Assembly (NCBI GenBank): GCA_964559215.1
Contig: CAZLFZ010000003.1
Location: forward strand, 18,779-82,778
Length of the DNA: 64,000 bases
Source: an uncultured archaeon
GTDB lineage: Archaea; Aenigmatarchaeota; Aenigmatarchaeia; QMZP01; JAFGSV01
Reading direction: 5' to 3'
Below the pieces are notes generated by a model. It searched no databases, was not told where the DNA came from, and was given only the letters and a program-made list of their open reading frames with translations. Positions 27,541 to 36,665 of the stretch are shown here, piece by piece (position 1 is the stretch's first letter; each line of letters starts with the position of its first letter). The position numbers and the translations under genes are program-made.

Positions 27541-28089
27541 ATGAAAAGTTTGGAAAGTTTAAACAAAATCCTTGAAAATGTGCTGAAAAAGAGGGCAATA
27601 ATTCTGCTCTCGTTTCTAAGCAAGGAATACAGAACTGGGATGACGAATCTAATAGCCTTTGCGACACACACGTTCAATAAGACCTGCTACGTCACGCTTA
27701 ATGATCCCTACGAAAGTATAGCCAGCAGGCTGGATGAGGAGCAGAAGTCCAAGCTGTTCTTCATAGACTGCATGACGGCTACGATCAAAACACCGGAGAC
27801 AAAAGAAAATGTGGTTTTCGTGTCGTCACCCCACGCTTTGACGGAGATGAGCATAGCATTAAAAAAAGTCATGGAAAAGGAAAAAATTGATTTTGTCATA
27901 TTTGATTCAATTTCAGCTTTGCTGGTTTATGAACAACCCTTATCGGTCCTGAAATTCGTTCATAGCCTAATCCTGATGTCCAGGGAAGCGAATCTGGGTA
28001 ACTCTTTTGTAATCCTGAAGGAGGATGTCAGCGAGCAATTGATGAAAGACCTGGCCATGTTTGTTGACAAAATTGTGGAGGTGGTATGA
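27541..28089 (+). CDS. Walker-A-less KaiC/RecA-fold small protein (MEDS-like), 182 aa
   Basis: Paralog of 26862-27410 (FFIDCMTA .. VIFDSISALLVYEQ .. VILKEDV). The stop TGA at 28087-89 is immediately followed by the GTG start of the PAS protein. Confidence 0.75.
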   Translation: MKSLESLNKILENVLKKRAIILLSFLSKEYRTGMTNLIAFATHTFNKTCYVTLNDPYESIASRLDEEQKSKLFFIDCMTATIKTPETKENVVFVSSPHALTEMSIALKKVMEKEKIDFVIFDSISALLVYEQPLSVLKFVHSLILMSREANLGNSFVILKEDVSEQLMKDLAMFVDKIVEVV

Positions 28090-28998
28090 GTGGTCGAAGG
28101 GATTGAAGATTTGATGAAAACCAGGGAAATCTACAGGGAACTCGCCGATACAGAGGGTGACGCAATTATAATTTTGGATTCAAAGGGCAAATTTGTGTTT
28201 TTGAACAAAGAGGTTGAGATAAAGACTGGTTATACGGAAAGCGAATTGATAGGAAAAGTGTTTACGAAGCTGTTGACGAAGCCCAGTGTATTAAAAGCTC
28301 TCTCCACTTCCCGAAAGGCTTTGTCAGGTGCACGGGTTAACCCGTATGAAATCGAAATCAAAAAAAAGGACGGAAGCATTATACCTGTGGAGGTTCAGGC
28401 AACGCCGATAAAGAGGAAAGGCAAAGTAATCGGGTTTCTGGTGATTGCAAGGGATCTCACCGAACGGAAGAAAGTAGAGGAGGAACTGAGGATTAAGGAA
28501 AGCGCCATAAAATCGTCCATCGATGCCATTGCAATGTCAGACCTTAATGGCAATCTGACATACGTGAATCCATCCTTTCTCAAGATGTGGGGATATGATA
28601 ACGAAAAGGAGGTTCTGGGGAAGCCAGCTGTAGGGTTTTGGCAGACGGAAGAGAAGGCTTCAGAGGTAGTAGTGGCCTTGCGTGACACGGGAAGCTGGAA
28701 GGGTGAACTGGTCGCCAAAAAAAAGGACGGCTCAATGTTATATGTCCAGCTTTTGGCAAGCATGACTAAAGACGAGAATGGCAAACCCATCTCCATGATG
28801 TCTTCATTTATAGACACCACTGCTCGCAAGAGGGCTGAGGAGGAGCTAAAGAAAAAGACAGAAGAACTGGAGAAATCGAAGAAAGAACTGGAAGCAAAGA
28901 TTCATGACCTCGAAAGGTTCAGCAAGATGTCTGTCGGCAGGGAACTGAAGATGGTTGAATTGAAGAAGAGGATAAAGGAATTGAAAAACGGGGGATAA
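28090..28998 (+). CDS. double PAS (S-box) domain protein with C-terminal coiled-coil module and no recognisable output domain
   Basis: Two PAS-like blocks (..ADTEGDAIIILDSKGKFVFLNKEVEIKTGYTESELIGK.., ..IDAIAMSDLNGNLTYVNPSFLKMWGYDNEKEVLGK..); C-terminal ELEKSKKELEAKIHDLERFSKMSVGRELKMVELKKRIKEL. Confidence 0.85.
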   Translation: MVEGIEDLMKTREIYRELADTEGDAIIILDSKGKFVFLNKEVEIKTGYTESELIGKVFTKLLTKPSVLKALSTSRKALSGARVNPYEIEIKKKDGSIIPVEVQATPIKRKGKVIGFLVIARDLTERKKVEEELRIKESAIKSSIDAIAMSDLNGNLTYVNPSFLKMWGYDNEKEVLGKPAVGFWQTEEKASEVVVALRDTGSWKGELVAKKKDGSMLYVQLLASMTKDENGKPISMMSSFIDTTARKRAEEELKKKTEELEKSKKELEAKIHDLERFSKMSVGRELKMVELKKRIKELKNGG

Positions 28999-29064
28999 TA
29001 ATAAGTAAATAATATTAATTAATATTATATTAATAATTATTTAAACAAAGTATAACAAAGTATA

Positions 29065-30462
29065 ATGAGGGGCGTCAATATGAGCAGGGAGGTAAAAACA
29101 ATTGCCTTTTTCGCATTGCTTTTTTTAACAATATTCATATCGGGATGTGTAACTCAGGAAGATGTTTCCCTTGGGGCTGGAGAAACGCAACAGCCAGAGG
29201 TTCAGGAAAAAACAAAACTTGTCTATGCAGTCCACTGGATGGATGAAACCCAGATAAACGGAACTTATGAGAATGGTGAACTGAAATCAAAGGGTTTAGT
29301 ACATTATCTGAACGAATATGAGGAATTGCACCCCGAAATAGAATTCGAGATAATGCAAATTACATACTCAGAATATGAAAGCAAACTCAGAATCCTGCAT
29401 GAACTTGATGAGGTTCCCGACATTTATCAGGTTTATTCTACATGGGGGGTTTCTCACCAAAACTTAGGCATATTGGACGAACCGCCTCAGGAGATAAAGG
29501 ATGATGTTGCCCAAAATTACACATCAACCGCGGGTGTTACAATAAATGGTGATACATGGGGTATTCCCACGGAAATCAACGTCTTCGCCCTCCTTTATAA
29601 CAAGGCGCTTTTCAAGGAAGCAGGAGTTATTGATGAGCAAGGGGAGCCAAAGATCCCCGTGACCTGGAATGAACTGATTGATGCGGCATCGAAAATAACA
29701 AAAAAAGACAGCGAGGGCAATATTATACAATATGGTTTTGCTTTCTCAAAAGGAATGGACTGGGGTGTGGTAGATCCTTTCCTATGCCTGTTAGTCAGTA
29801 ACGGCGGAAAATATCTATCGGATGATAACAGCCAGTGTCTTGTCAATAGTTCAGAGGGTGTCGAGGCACTGGAAAAGATATTGGAATTGTTTAGCAAAGG
29901 TGGAACTGATGCGTACGGTGATGTTATCAGTGGTTTCGGAGAAGGCAAGACAGCGATGATTTTAATGCCTCCTTGGGTGGAAGGAATGTTTAGGGACGCC
30001 CTTGGTGATAAATTTGATACGGATGTGGGCGTTGCCCCTGTTCCCTATCTGAAAAAACCCGGTACTTTGCAGTATAGCTGGTTCATGGGCGTATTGAGTA
30101 AAAGTAAACATAAAAAGGAGGCGTGGGAGTTCCTTAGGTGGTTCACTTCAGAGATTCAGCCAAAGACAGGTACGACAAGGTATGGTGATCTGTTAACAGA
30201 TCCTATTGGCGCTATCCCAAGCAGGAGGTCAGATATTGAGGGTAATAAGGATAAACTAAATACACCATTCAAGAGGGTATTTGTTGAAGAACTAGAAAAT
30301 TCTGTCCCAGAGCCAAACATAATGCAGGCTTCCCAAGTAAAGAATATATTGATGGGCGAGATTGAGTCGGCATGGGCTGGTGAAAAAACTGCTAAAGAAT
30401 CTTTGGACTCAGCGTGTGCTAAAATAAATGAAATTCTGGCGAAGTATTATCCGCAAAAGTGA
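29065..30462 (+). CDS. extracellular solute-binding protein (ABC-type, family 1/MalE-like), lipoprotein-like signal (…ISGC)
   Basis: Signal peptide plus Cys; 465 aa with the typical SBP_bac_1 architecture (..WGIPTEINVFALLYNK.. ..MPPWVEG..). An alternative start is at 29080. Confidence 0.8.
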   Translation: MRGVNMSREVKTIAFFALLFLTIFISGCVTQEDVSLGAGETQQPEVQEKTKLVYAVHWMDETQINGTYENGELKSKGLVHYLNEYEELHPEIEFEIMQITYSEYESKLRILHELDEVPDIYQVYSTWGVSHQNLGILDEPPQEIKDDVAQNYTSTAGVTINGDTWGIPTEINVFALLYNKALFKEAGVIDEQGEPKIPVTWNELIDAASKITKKDSEGNIIQYGFAFSKGMDWGVVDPFLCLLVSNGGKYLSDDNSQCLVNSSEGVEALEKILELFSKGGTDAYGDVISGFGEGKTAMILMPPWVEGMFRDALGDKFDTDVGVAPVPYLKKPGTLQYSWFMGVLSKSKHKKEAWEFLRWFTSEIQPKTGTTRYGDLLTDPIGAIPSRRSDIEGNKDKLNTPFKRVFVEELENSVPEPNIMQASQVKNILMGEIESAWAGEKTAKESLDSACAKINEILAKYYPQK

Positions 30463-31451
30463 GAAATTTGAAATTCAAAATAGGCAGGTTAACGATTAAA
30501 ATAACTCTTTTCATAATCTCTTTGATATTCCTGTCTTTATTTGTTTTTTCCTTTGTTTTTTTACTGTCTGAGCAGAACAAAATGTCCGAGGAAATACTGG
30601 AAGATGGGCTGATTTTCGCAGAGTTCATTACGCGTTCTATATATGATGACTATGTGAGGGAGTATACCCATATTCATTCGCAGGAAGGTTTCGATGGATT
30701 TAAGGAGGGTGTAGAGCAAAAACTGGACAAAAACAAGGATGTAACCAAAGTCTCTTTAGTTGGTATAAACGGAAAAGTTATTTTCGATTCTGATGAATTC
30801 AAAGAAGGCAAAAAATATAACGGGTCGGGGAGATTTATTGAGGATTCTGTTACTTTGGGGCTTCTTAAAAACGAAGATGTGTCTTACTTGAAAAGGCAAT
30901 TAAATGGCGAAGATATCATTGAAATAGTCATGCCGATAGAGGAAACGTCAGGAGGCCATCTCATGTCAATGAGATATATCGTTTCTTATAATTCTCTTAT
31001 AGAAAGAATGGCTGAAGTATACCAGCAAATTCTTTTGATAATTGTGCCCATATTCATAATTACTTTTGTTTTGACAATCACCTTTTCGATAAGTTTAACC
31101 AAACCAATTATTATGTTAAGGGGGTTGACCGAAAAGGTAAGAAAAGGTAATCTGAGTGTGAAAATTAATCTAAAAACCCGTGACGAGATAGGAGAGCTCG
31201 CATCCTCATTCAACCAGATGACAAAGGACCTGAAGGAGTCTAGGAAAGGGCTGGAAGAATACAGCAAGGACCTGGAAAAAGAAGTAAAAGAGAGGACTGT
31301 TGAACTTGAGAAATCCAAAAAAGAGCTGGAAGCAAGAAACGAGGAGCTCGAACGGTTCAACAAGATGGCGGTGGGCAGGGAACTGAAGATGGTTGAATTG
31401 AAGAAGAGGATAAAGGAATTGGAAAACGAACTTAAAAAGAAGCAGAAATAG
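30459..31451 (+). CDS. membrane sensor: TM - extracytoplasmic domain - TM - HAMP - coiled coil, no kinase domain
   Basis: GTGA overlap with the upstream stop. HAMP: IIMLRGLTEKVRKGNLSVKINLKTRDEIGELASSFNQMTKDL. The C-terminal ELEKSKKELEARNEELERFNKMAVGRELKMVELKKRIKELE is almost identical to the C-terminus of 28090-28998. Confidence 0.8.
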   Translation: MRNLKFKIGRLTIKITLFIISLIFLSLFVFSFVFLLSEQNKMSEEILEDGLIFAEFITRSIYDDYVREYTHIHSQEGFDGFKEGVEQKLDKNKDVTKVSLVGINGKVIFDSDEFKEGKKYNGSGRFIEDSVTLGLLKNEDVSYLKRQLNGEDIIEIVMPIEETSGGHLMSMRYIVSYNSLIERMAEVYQQILLIIVPIFIITFVLTITFSISLTKPIIMLRGLTEKVRKGNLSVKINLKTRDEIGELASSFNQMTKDLKESRKGLEEYSKDLEKEVKERTVELEKSKKELEARNEELERFNKMAVGRELKMVELKKRIKELENELKKKQK

Positions 31452-31525
31452 TATCAAGCTGCGTTTAAACAAATTCTATTCGTGTTTATTTAAATATCAT
31501 ATAAAACAAAAATATTATAGGTAAC

Positions 31526-32623
31526 ATGGTAGCAGAAAAATTGGCTAGTGGTTATGGAAAAGTCATAATACCTGTCATATTGATATTGATTATCGTTGCT
31601 GCAGTTTCGTCTTTTTATCTGTTACCTTTCGGTGAGGAAGGACCGCAATCAGCGAGTGGAACTTCGGGGGTGCCTGCACAAAAATTCAAAATTCTTCATA
31701 TCATGAGTTACCACTCTCCTTGGAAATGGACCGACGATCAGCTTGATGGATTCAAGGATGCCATGGCTGGCATAGATGCGGAATATCGGGTATTCCAGAT
31801 GGACACCAAGCGGAAAAGTAGTGAGGAATGGATGCAAGAAGCCGCCCGGCAGGCGCGAGAATTAATCGATACGTGGCAGCCTGATTTGGTATACACAAAC
31901 GATGATAATGTCCAGGAGTATGTTGTCAAACATTATGTAAATTCTGATACACCGTTCGTATTCAGTGCGGTCAACGCGGATCCGTCTGTTTACGGGTTTA
32001 CAGGAAGCAGCAATGTTGCCGGGATACTTGAGGAGGAGCATTTCGTGCAGACTGTGAATTTGCTGAGACAAATTGTGCCAAATGTCAAGAAGATAGCGGT
32101 TATTTTTGACGAGGGCTTGACATGGATAGGGGTACGTCAAAGGATGGAAGAAAAGGCGCCAAAACAGCTTCAAGATATAGAGTTCGTAAGCTGGGACACG
32201 ATTCACACCTTTGAAGAGTACAAGCAGAGAATAGGGGAGCTCCAAAACGAGGCGGATGCGATCGCACTTCTGGGTATATTCACGTTCAAGGACGAGAACG
32301 GCACCAATGTCCCCTATCAGGACGTGCTGGAATGGACGGCTGAGAACAGCAACCTGCCCGACTTCAGCTTCTGGGAAGACCGCATATCTTATGGTACACT
32401 ATGTGCCGTAACTGTTTCGGGGTATGAGCAGGGCCTGGCGGCAGGTGAGATCGCAAGGGGCATTCTGGTTGATGGCAAAAGCCCGCCAAGCTTCCCATTC
32501 GAGCCAACAGTCAAGGGAGAGCCGGTCATAAGCCTTGCAAGGGCGAATAAATTGGGACTCCAAATAAGCAGCGAACTGCTTTTGTCTGCGGATATCATCG
32601 AAACGTTTGAATGGGAGAAGTAA
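31526..32623 (+). CDS. ABC-type substrate-binding-like protein (COG2984/PF04392-type), the kind commonly paired with sensor kinases
   Basis: N-terminal TM; periplasmic-binding-protein-like fold signature; the stop TAA abuts the ATG of the histidine kinase at 32624. Confidence 0.7.
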   Translation: MVAEKLASGYGKVIIPVILILIIVAAVSSFYLLPFGEEGPQSASGTSGVPAQKFKILHIMSYHSPWKWTDDQLDGFKDAMAGIDAEYRVFQMDTKRKSSEEWMQEAARQARELIDTWQPDLVYTNDDNVQEYVVKHYVNSDTPFVFSAVNADPSVYGFTGSSNVAGILEEEHFVQTVNLLRQIVPNVKKIAVIFDEGLTWIGVRQRMEEKAPKQLQDIEFVSWDTIHTFEEYKQRIGELQNEADAIALLGIFTFKDENGTNVPYQDVLEWTAENSNLPDFSFWEDRISYGTLCAVTVSGYEQGLAAGEIARGILVDGKSPPSFPFEPTVKGEPVISLARANKLGLQISSELLLSADIIETFEWEK

Positions 32624-34351
32624 ATGAAGAACCTTAGCGTTCGCGCTAAGATAATTTCGATTTCAACACTAATAATGCTTTTTGCACTTAGCTTAAACAG
32701 TTTTTATAGCGGTAATTTCTTCGCGGCTGAATATTCCAAAGCCCTCCATTCAAAGTCATTAAACGTAGGGCAGGTTTTAACGCAACGCTTAGGCGTCTTG
32801 CTTGAATTGGGAATAGACATAAATGGAATTGTGGGTTTCGAAAAACAATGCAAAGATGTAGTCGAGAACTACGAGGAAATCTCGTATGCCATGGTCGTGG
32901 ATTTAGACGGCAAGATAATTTTTCACAACGACCCTTCCCAACACGGCAAAACATTGACTAATCATGAAGTTCTAATGGTGATAAAAACCGAGAATAGTAC
33001 CACTAGACAGCACTCCATTGAAGGGGAGAAATTCTATGGCAGCTTTGTCCCTGTCTTTGGCAAAGATAAAAACCACATCGCAGCAATTATGGTAGGGGTT
33101 CCTGTGAGTTTTATTGAAGAAAAGATGCGAAACATGTTCATGAACTCTCTCATGGTTACGATTTTATTTCTGGTTATTGGCATATTGTTGTTGATTACTA
33201 CGCTTTCCATGTGGGTAACAAAACCGCTTGGAAAATTGGTCGATGTGATTCGGGAAATAGGGGAGAAGGGCAAACTTAGCAAAAAGGTTAGAATCAATTC
33301 CGATGACGAGATAGGACAGCTCGCCTCCGCATTCAACCAGATGATAGATGATTTAAAGGGGTCGAGGATTAAGCTAGAGGAATACAGCAGGTCTCTGGAA
33401 AAAAGGGTCACCGAGAGGACAAATGAACTGAATAAAAAAGTCGAGGAAGTGACAAAGACGAAAACGGCCATAATGAACATGATGGAAGATACGGACGAGG
33501 CGAACAAACAGCTTATAAAAACCCAGAAGGAACTGAAGGAAAGCTTGAGGGAACTGAGAGAAATGGACATAAAGAAGGATCAGTTCATATCAATCGCAGC
33601 GCATGAACTCAAGACTCCACTGACATCCATTCACGGATTCTCGCAGTTGCTTCAAGATAGGAAAATTGCAAATAAGTTCACGAGGAGGAACAGATACCTT
33701 AAGATAATGGAACATGAAAGCAAAAGGCTTGCCGGGCTTGTGAGCAATATTCTTGACCTATCCAGGCTAGACCTCGGGACGGTGAAGCTCAGTCTTGAAC
33801 CAGTTGATATGAACGAACTAATGGAGGATTTAAAAAAGGAAATGAGTATACCGGTAGAGGAGAAGGGGCTGGAATCGAAATATGAAATAGAAAAAGAGTT
33901 GCCAAAAATTTTAACAGACAGGGAGAGGGTGACCGAGATATTGATAAACTTCATAAACAACGCTTTGAAGTACACGTCGAAAGGTAAAATAACGGTAAAG
34001 GTTTCCAGGGAAAAGAAAAATCTGCATTTCATGGTCAAGGACACGGGAATAGGCATATCAAAAGAGAACCACGAAAAGATATTCCAGAGGTTCTATCAGG
34101 TGGATTCATCCTATACAAGAAAGGCAGGGGGGACAGGTCTTGGCCTGTCCTTGTGCAGGGAATTCCTAAAAATACTCGGCGGGGAGATATGGGTAAAGAG
34201 CGAACTGGAAAAGGGGAGTGAATTCCACTTTACACTGCCCATCAGAGGCGTTTCAAAAGAGCATCTCTGGGAGGAGGAAGCAAAGGCTAAAGAGAGTCTC
34301 AAAAAAGCAGAGGAAGTGATAAAAAGTGTGGAAATACTGAGCGGAAAATAA
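32624..34351 (+). CDS. sensor histidine kinase (TM-sensor-TM-HAMP-coiled coil-HisKA-HATPase_c)
   Basis: HAMP KPLGKLVDVIREIGEKGKLSKKVRINSDDEIGQLASAFNQMIDDL; H-box ISIAAHELKTPLTSIHGF; N/G-boxes ..INNALKYT.. DTGIGIS..GGTGLGLSLC. Confidence 0.9.
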   Translation: MKNLSVRAKIISISTLIMLFALSLNSFYSGNFFAAEYSKALHSKSLNVGQVLTQRLGVLLELGIDINGIVGFEKQCKDVVENYEEISYAMVVDLDGKIIFHNDPSQHGKTLTNHEVLMVIKTENSTTRQHSIEGEKFYGSFVPVFGKDKNHIAAIMVGVPVSFIEEKMRNMFMNSLMVTILFLVIGILLLITTLSMWVTKPLGKLVDVIREIGEKGKLSKKVRINSDDEIGQLASAFNQMIDDLKGSRIKLEEYSRSLEKRVTERTNELNKKVEEVTKTKTAIMNMMEDTDEANKQLIKTQKELKESLRELREMDIKKDQFISIAAHELKTPLTSIHGFSQLLQDRKIANKFTRRNRYLKIMEHESKRLAGLVSNILDLSRLDLGTVKLSLEPVDMNELMEDLKKEMSIPVEEKGLESKYEIEKELPKILTDRERVTEILINFINNALKYTSKGKITVKVSREKKNLHFMVKDTGIGISKENHEKIFQRFYQVDSSYTRKAGGTGLGLSLCREFLKILGGEIWVKSELEKGSEFHFTLPIRGVSKEHLWEEEAKAKESLKKAEEVIKSVEILSGK

Positions 34352-34363
34352 AATCAGCCTGAT

Positions 34364-34732
34364 TTACTCCAGCGCTTTCTTTACCCTTTTGACGAGGTCC
34401 TGGTTGTCAAAAGGTTTCGTGATGTAATCCAGAACATCCATCTTTTCCAGAACATCCTTCCCCGCCTCTGAGAATTTTGCCACAGTGAGGAATGCGATTT
34501 TCAAGTCCTTTGTTTCAGGGTCCTTCCTTATACTTTCACAGACTTCCCTTCCACTCATCCCTGGCATCATCATATCAAGCAAGATGAGATCGGGTTTCAC
34601 CGTTTTCAGTTTTTCCAGGCATTCCTTTCCGCTCATGGCCGGGATTACTTCGTAGTTCTCTTGTTCCATAAGCGCCTTAACAAGCTCGACCAAACTTTCC
34701 TCATCATCCACGATCATTATTTTTTTTGCCAT
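34364..34732 (-). CDS. single-domain response regulator (CheY-like receiver)
   Basis: IMIVDDEE ... DLILLDMMMPGMSG ... KIAFLTVAK; 122 aa. Confidence 0.9.
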   Translation of the reverse strand: MAKKIMIVDDEESLVELVKALMEQENYEVIPAMSGKECLEKLKTVKPDLILLDMMMPGMSGREVCESIRKDPETKDLKIAFLTVAKFSEAGKDVLEKMDVLDYITKPFDNQDLVKRVKKALE

Positions 34733-34774
34733 GTTATCATTTAGTTATTGAATTAAAGTATATAAATTCTTTAT

Positions 34775-34870
34775 GCTCGGGTACCTGATGTGTCCCAATA
34801 CCGCTCGGGTGTCCATTACACGCATCAGGTCTTCAGTTCCCTGGATCCTAGCCTGATGTGTCCCAATGCC
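34775..34870. promoter_or_regulatory. upstream element of the response-regulator gene: 16-bp direct repeat cctgatgtgtcccaat (about 34784 and 34852) plus an 8-bp-arm inverted repeat acctgatg..(26 nt)..catcaggt; TATA-like tatataaa at about 34759-34768
   Basis: Read directly from the intergenic sequence between the MEDS-like gene stop (34872) and the RR start (34732). Confidence 0.3.
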
Positions 34871-34871
34871 C

Positions 34872-35444
34872 CTAATCCGGCTTCTCTGTCATGTCAACAG
34901 TAGTGTCAGCAAACATACACAAGTCTTTTATCATACCCTGATTTTCTCCACCTGGCAAACCACTTCCTTTAAGGACGATGTAGATTTTCTTGGTTTTTTC
35001 CTGCATCTTGTCAGTCATTATTTCGTGCGTGAACCTAACGATGGAATAGCTCTCCTGGTATATCAGCAGGGACGAGATGGTATCAAATATTATCACGCTG
35101 CATTTTTTCTCCATGATGACCTTTTCTATCGCCAGTCTTATCGAAACCAGTTCTGGTGGTGCTTCCAAAAAGATGCAGTTTTTAACGGGTTTTGGCTTAA
35201 AGTAATGCGAGCTAAGGATATCTATGAAGAAGAAGTTTTTGTCATTGACGCCTATTCTCTTTAAATCCTCAATAACATCCTTGTAGGGTTTTGACAGGCA
35301 GACATAGCATATTTTTGTTTTGGTTTCCCCTATGTTTTTTACTATATCTTTCAATTTCATTTCATACTGCTTCTCTTCAAGCAGCAGCATCAGAAACCTT
35401 GACTTGGTTATTTCTTGCAGCAAATTCATACCATCCTGCTCCAT
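34872..35444 (-). CDS. Walker-A-less KaiC/RecA-fold small protein (MEDS-like), 190 aa
   Basis: Paralog of 26862-27410 and 27541-28089 (FFFIDILS .. IIFDTISSLLIYQE .. IYIVLKGS). Confidence 0.75.
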   Translation of the reverse strand: MEQDGMNLLQEITKSRFLMLLLEEKQYEMKLKDIVKNIGETKTKICYVCLSKPYKDVIEDLKRIGVNDKNFFFIDILSSHYFKPKPVKNCIFLEAPPELVSIRLAIEKVIMEKKCSVIIFDTISSLLIYQESYSIVRFTHEIMTDKMQEKTKKIYIVLKGSGLPGGENQGMIKDLCMFADTTVDMTEKPD

Positions 35445-35543
35445 CTTTATTATGTGATATATTTTTATTTAAAAGAGCTTCTATTTAAAATAAGTTTAAA
35501 CATATAATAAAAATATTTAACTAATTATAACAATTATTAAAAC

Positions 35544-36665
35544 ATGACTCGATTCTCTGATATCAAGATTCACGATACCACCCTCAGAGACGGCGAACAG
35601 ATGCCTGGTGTTGTCTTTGATTTTAACGAAAAAATCAAGCTTGCTGAAAAAATAATGCAATTTGACGCGGATTTGATTGACATAATGCCCGTGGTTTCCG
35701 ATTCAGAGTTCAGGGTCACAAAAGAACTCACGGATATGTTTGGTGATAAGGTTTCTGCTACATGCAGAATCAAAAAATCGGATGTAGATATAGCCATGGA
35801 TGCGGGTGCCGAAAGGGTCACACTGTTCACACCGCTTTCTGATTTGCACATAACCCACAAACTGCGGATAAGCAGAGAGGAAAATCTCAAAAAGACGTCT
35901 GAAATGGTTGATTATGCAAGAGCCCACGGACTGATCGTGGATTTCGCAGGGGAAGACACGAGCAGGGCCGACTTCAATTATTTTAAGCGATTTTTAAAAG
36001 AAATCCACAACAGGATATCCGTATTCTTCATAGCCGATACTGTCGGCTGTCTTACCCCCAAATCTACAAGAAACTTGGTCTCTTACCTTAAAAAGAATCT
36101 CAACTGTCAGGTCGGAATCCACACGCACAACGATTTCGGCATGGCAACCGCAAACGCCGTGGAGGGCGTGCTTGCGGGGGCTGATTATTTTTCAGGAACC
36201 TTTACGGGGATTGGAGAAAGGGCTGGAAACGCAGCAATCGAAGAGGTCTGCATCGCATTGAAGCACTTGCATGGAAGGGACCTTAAAGTGAAGTCCGAAA
36301 TGCTGCTGGAAATATGTGACATGGTCCAGGAATTCTCAGGTGTGAAGATTCAGCGACACAAACCTGTTATAGGGGAAAATGCCTTTGCCCACGAATCAGG
36401 GATTCACGTAGATGGGGTTCTTAAAGATCCGAGAACTTATGAGTTTTTTGAACCGGAATCGGTAGGGCAGAAAAGAAAGATTTGCATGGGCAAGCATAGC
36501 GGGAGGAGTATTCTGAAGCACATGTTCGGTGGGGGAATCCTTCAGGATTCCAGCGTTGCCATCAAGGAGATAAAAGCCATCTATGAGGCCAAGGATGTTC
36601 CTTTCTCACGCAAAGATGCTGCTATCAAGTTGTCATGGGTGAAGAAGCGTCTGGTGACTGTATGA
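35544..36665 (+). CDS. HMGL-like DRE-TIM metallolyase: short-form 2-isopropylmalate/homocitrate/citramalate synthase family
   Basis: IHDTTLRDGEQMPG, HTHNDFGMATANAVEGV, GIGERAGNAAIEEV. 373 aa, lacking the LeuA C-terminal regulatory domain. Confidence 0.85.
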   Translation: MTRFSDIKIHDTTLRDGEQMPGVVFDFNEKIKLAEKIMQFDADLIDIMPVVSDSEFRVTKELTDMFGDKVSATCRIKKSDVDIAMDAGAERVTLFTPLSDLHITHKLRISREENLKKTSEMVDYARAHGLIVDFAGEDTSRADFNYFKRFLKEIHNRISVFFIADTVGCLTPKSTRNLVSYLKKNLNCQVGIHTHNDFGMATANAVEGVLAGADYFSGTFTGIGERAGNAAIEEVCIALKHLHGRDLKVKSEMLLEICDMVQEFSGVKIQRHKPVIGENAFAHESGIHVDGVLKDPRTYEFFEPESVGQKRKICMGKHSGRSILKHMFGGGILQDSSVAIKEIKAIYEAKDVPFSRKDAAIKLSWVKKRLVTV

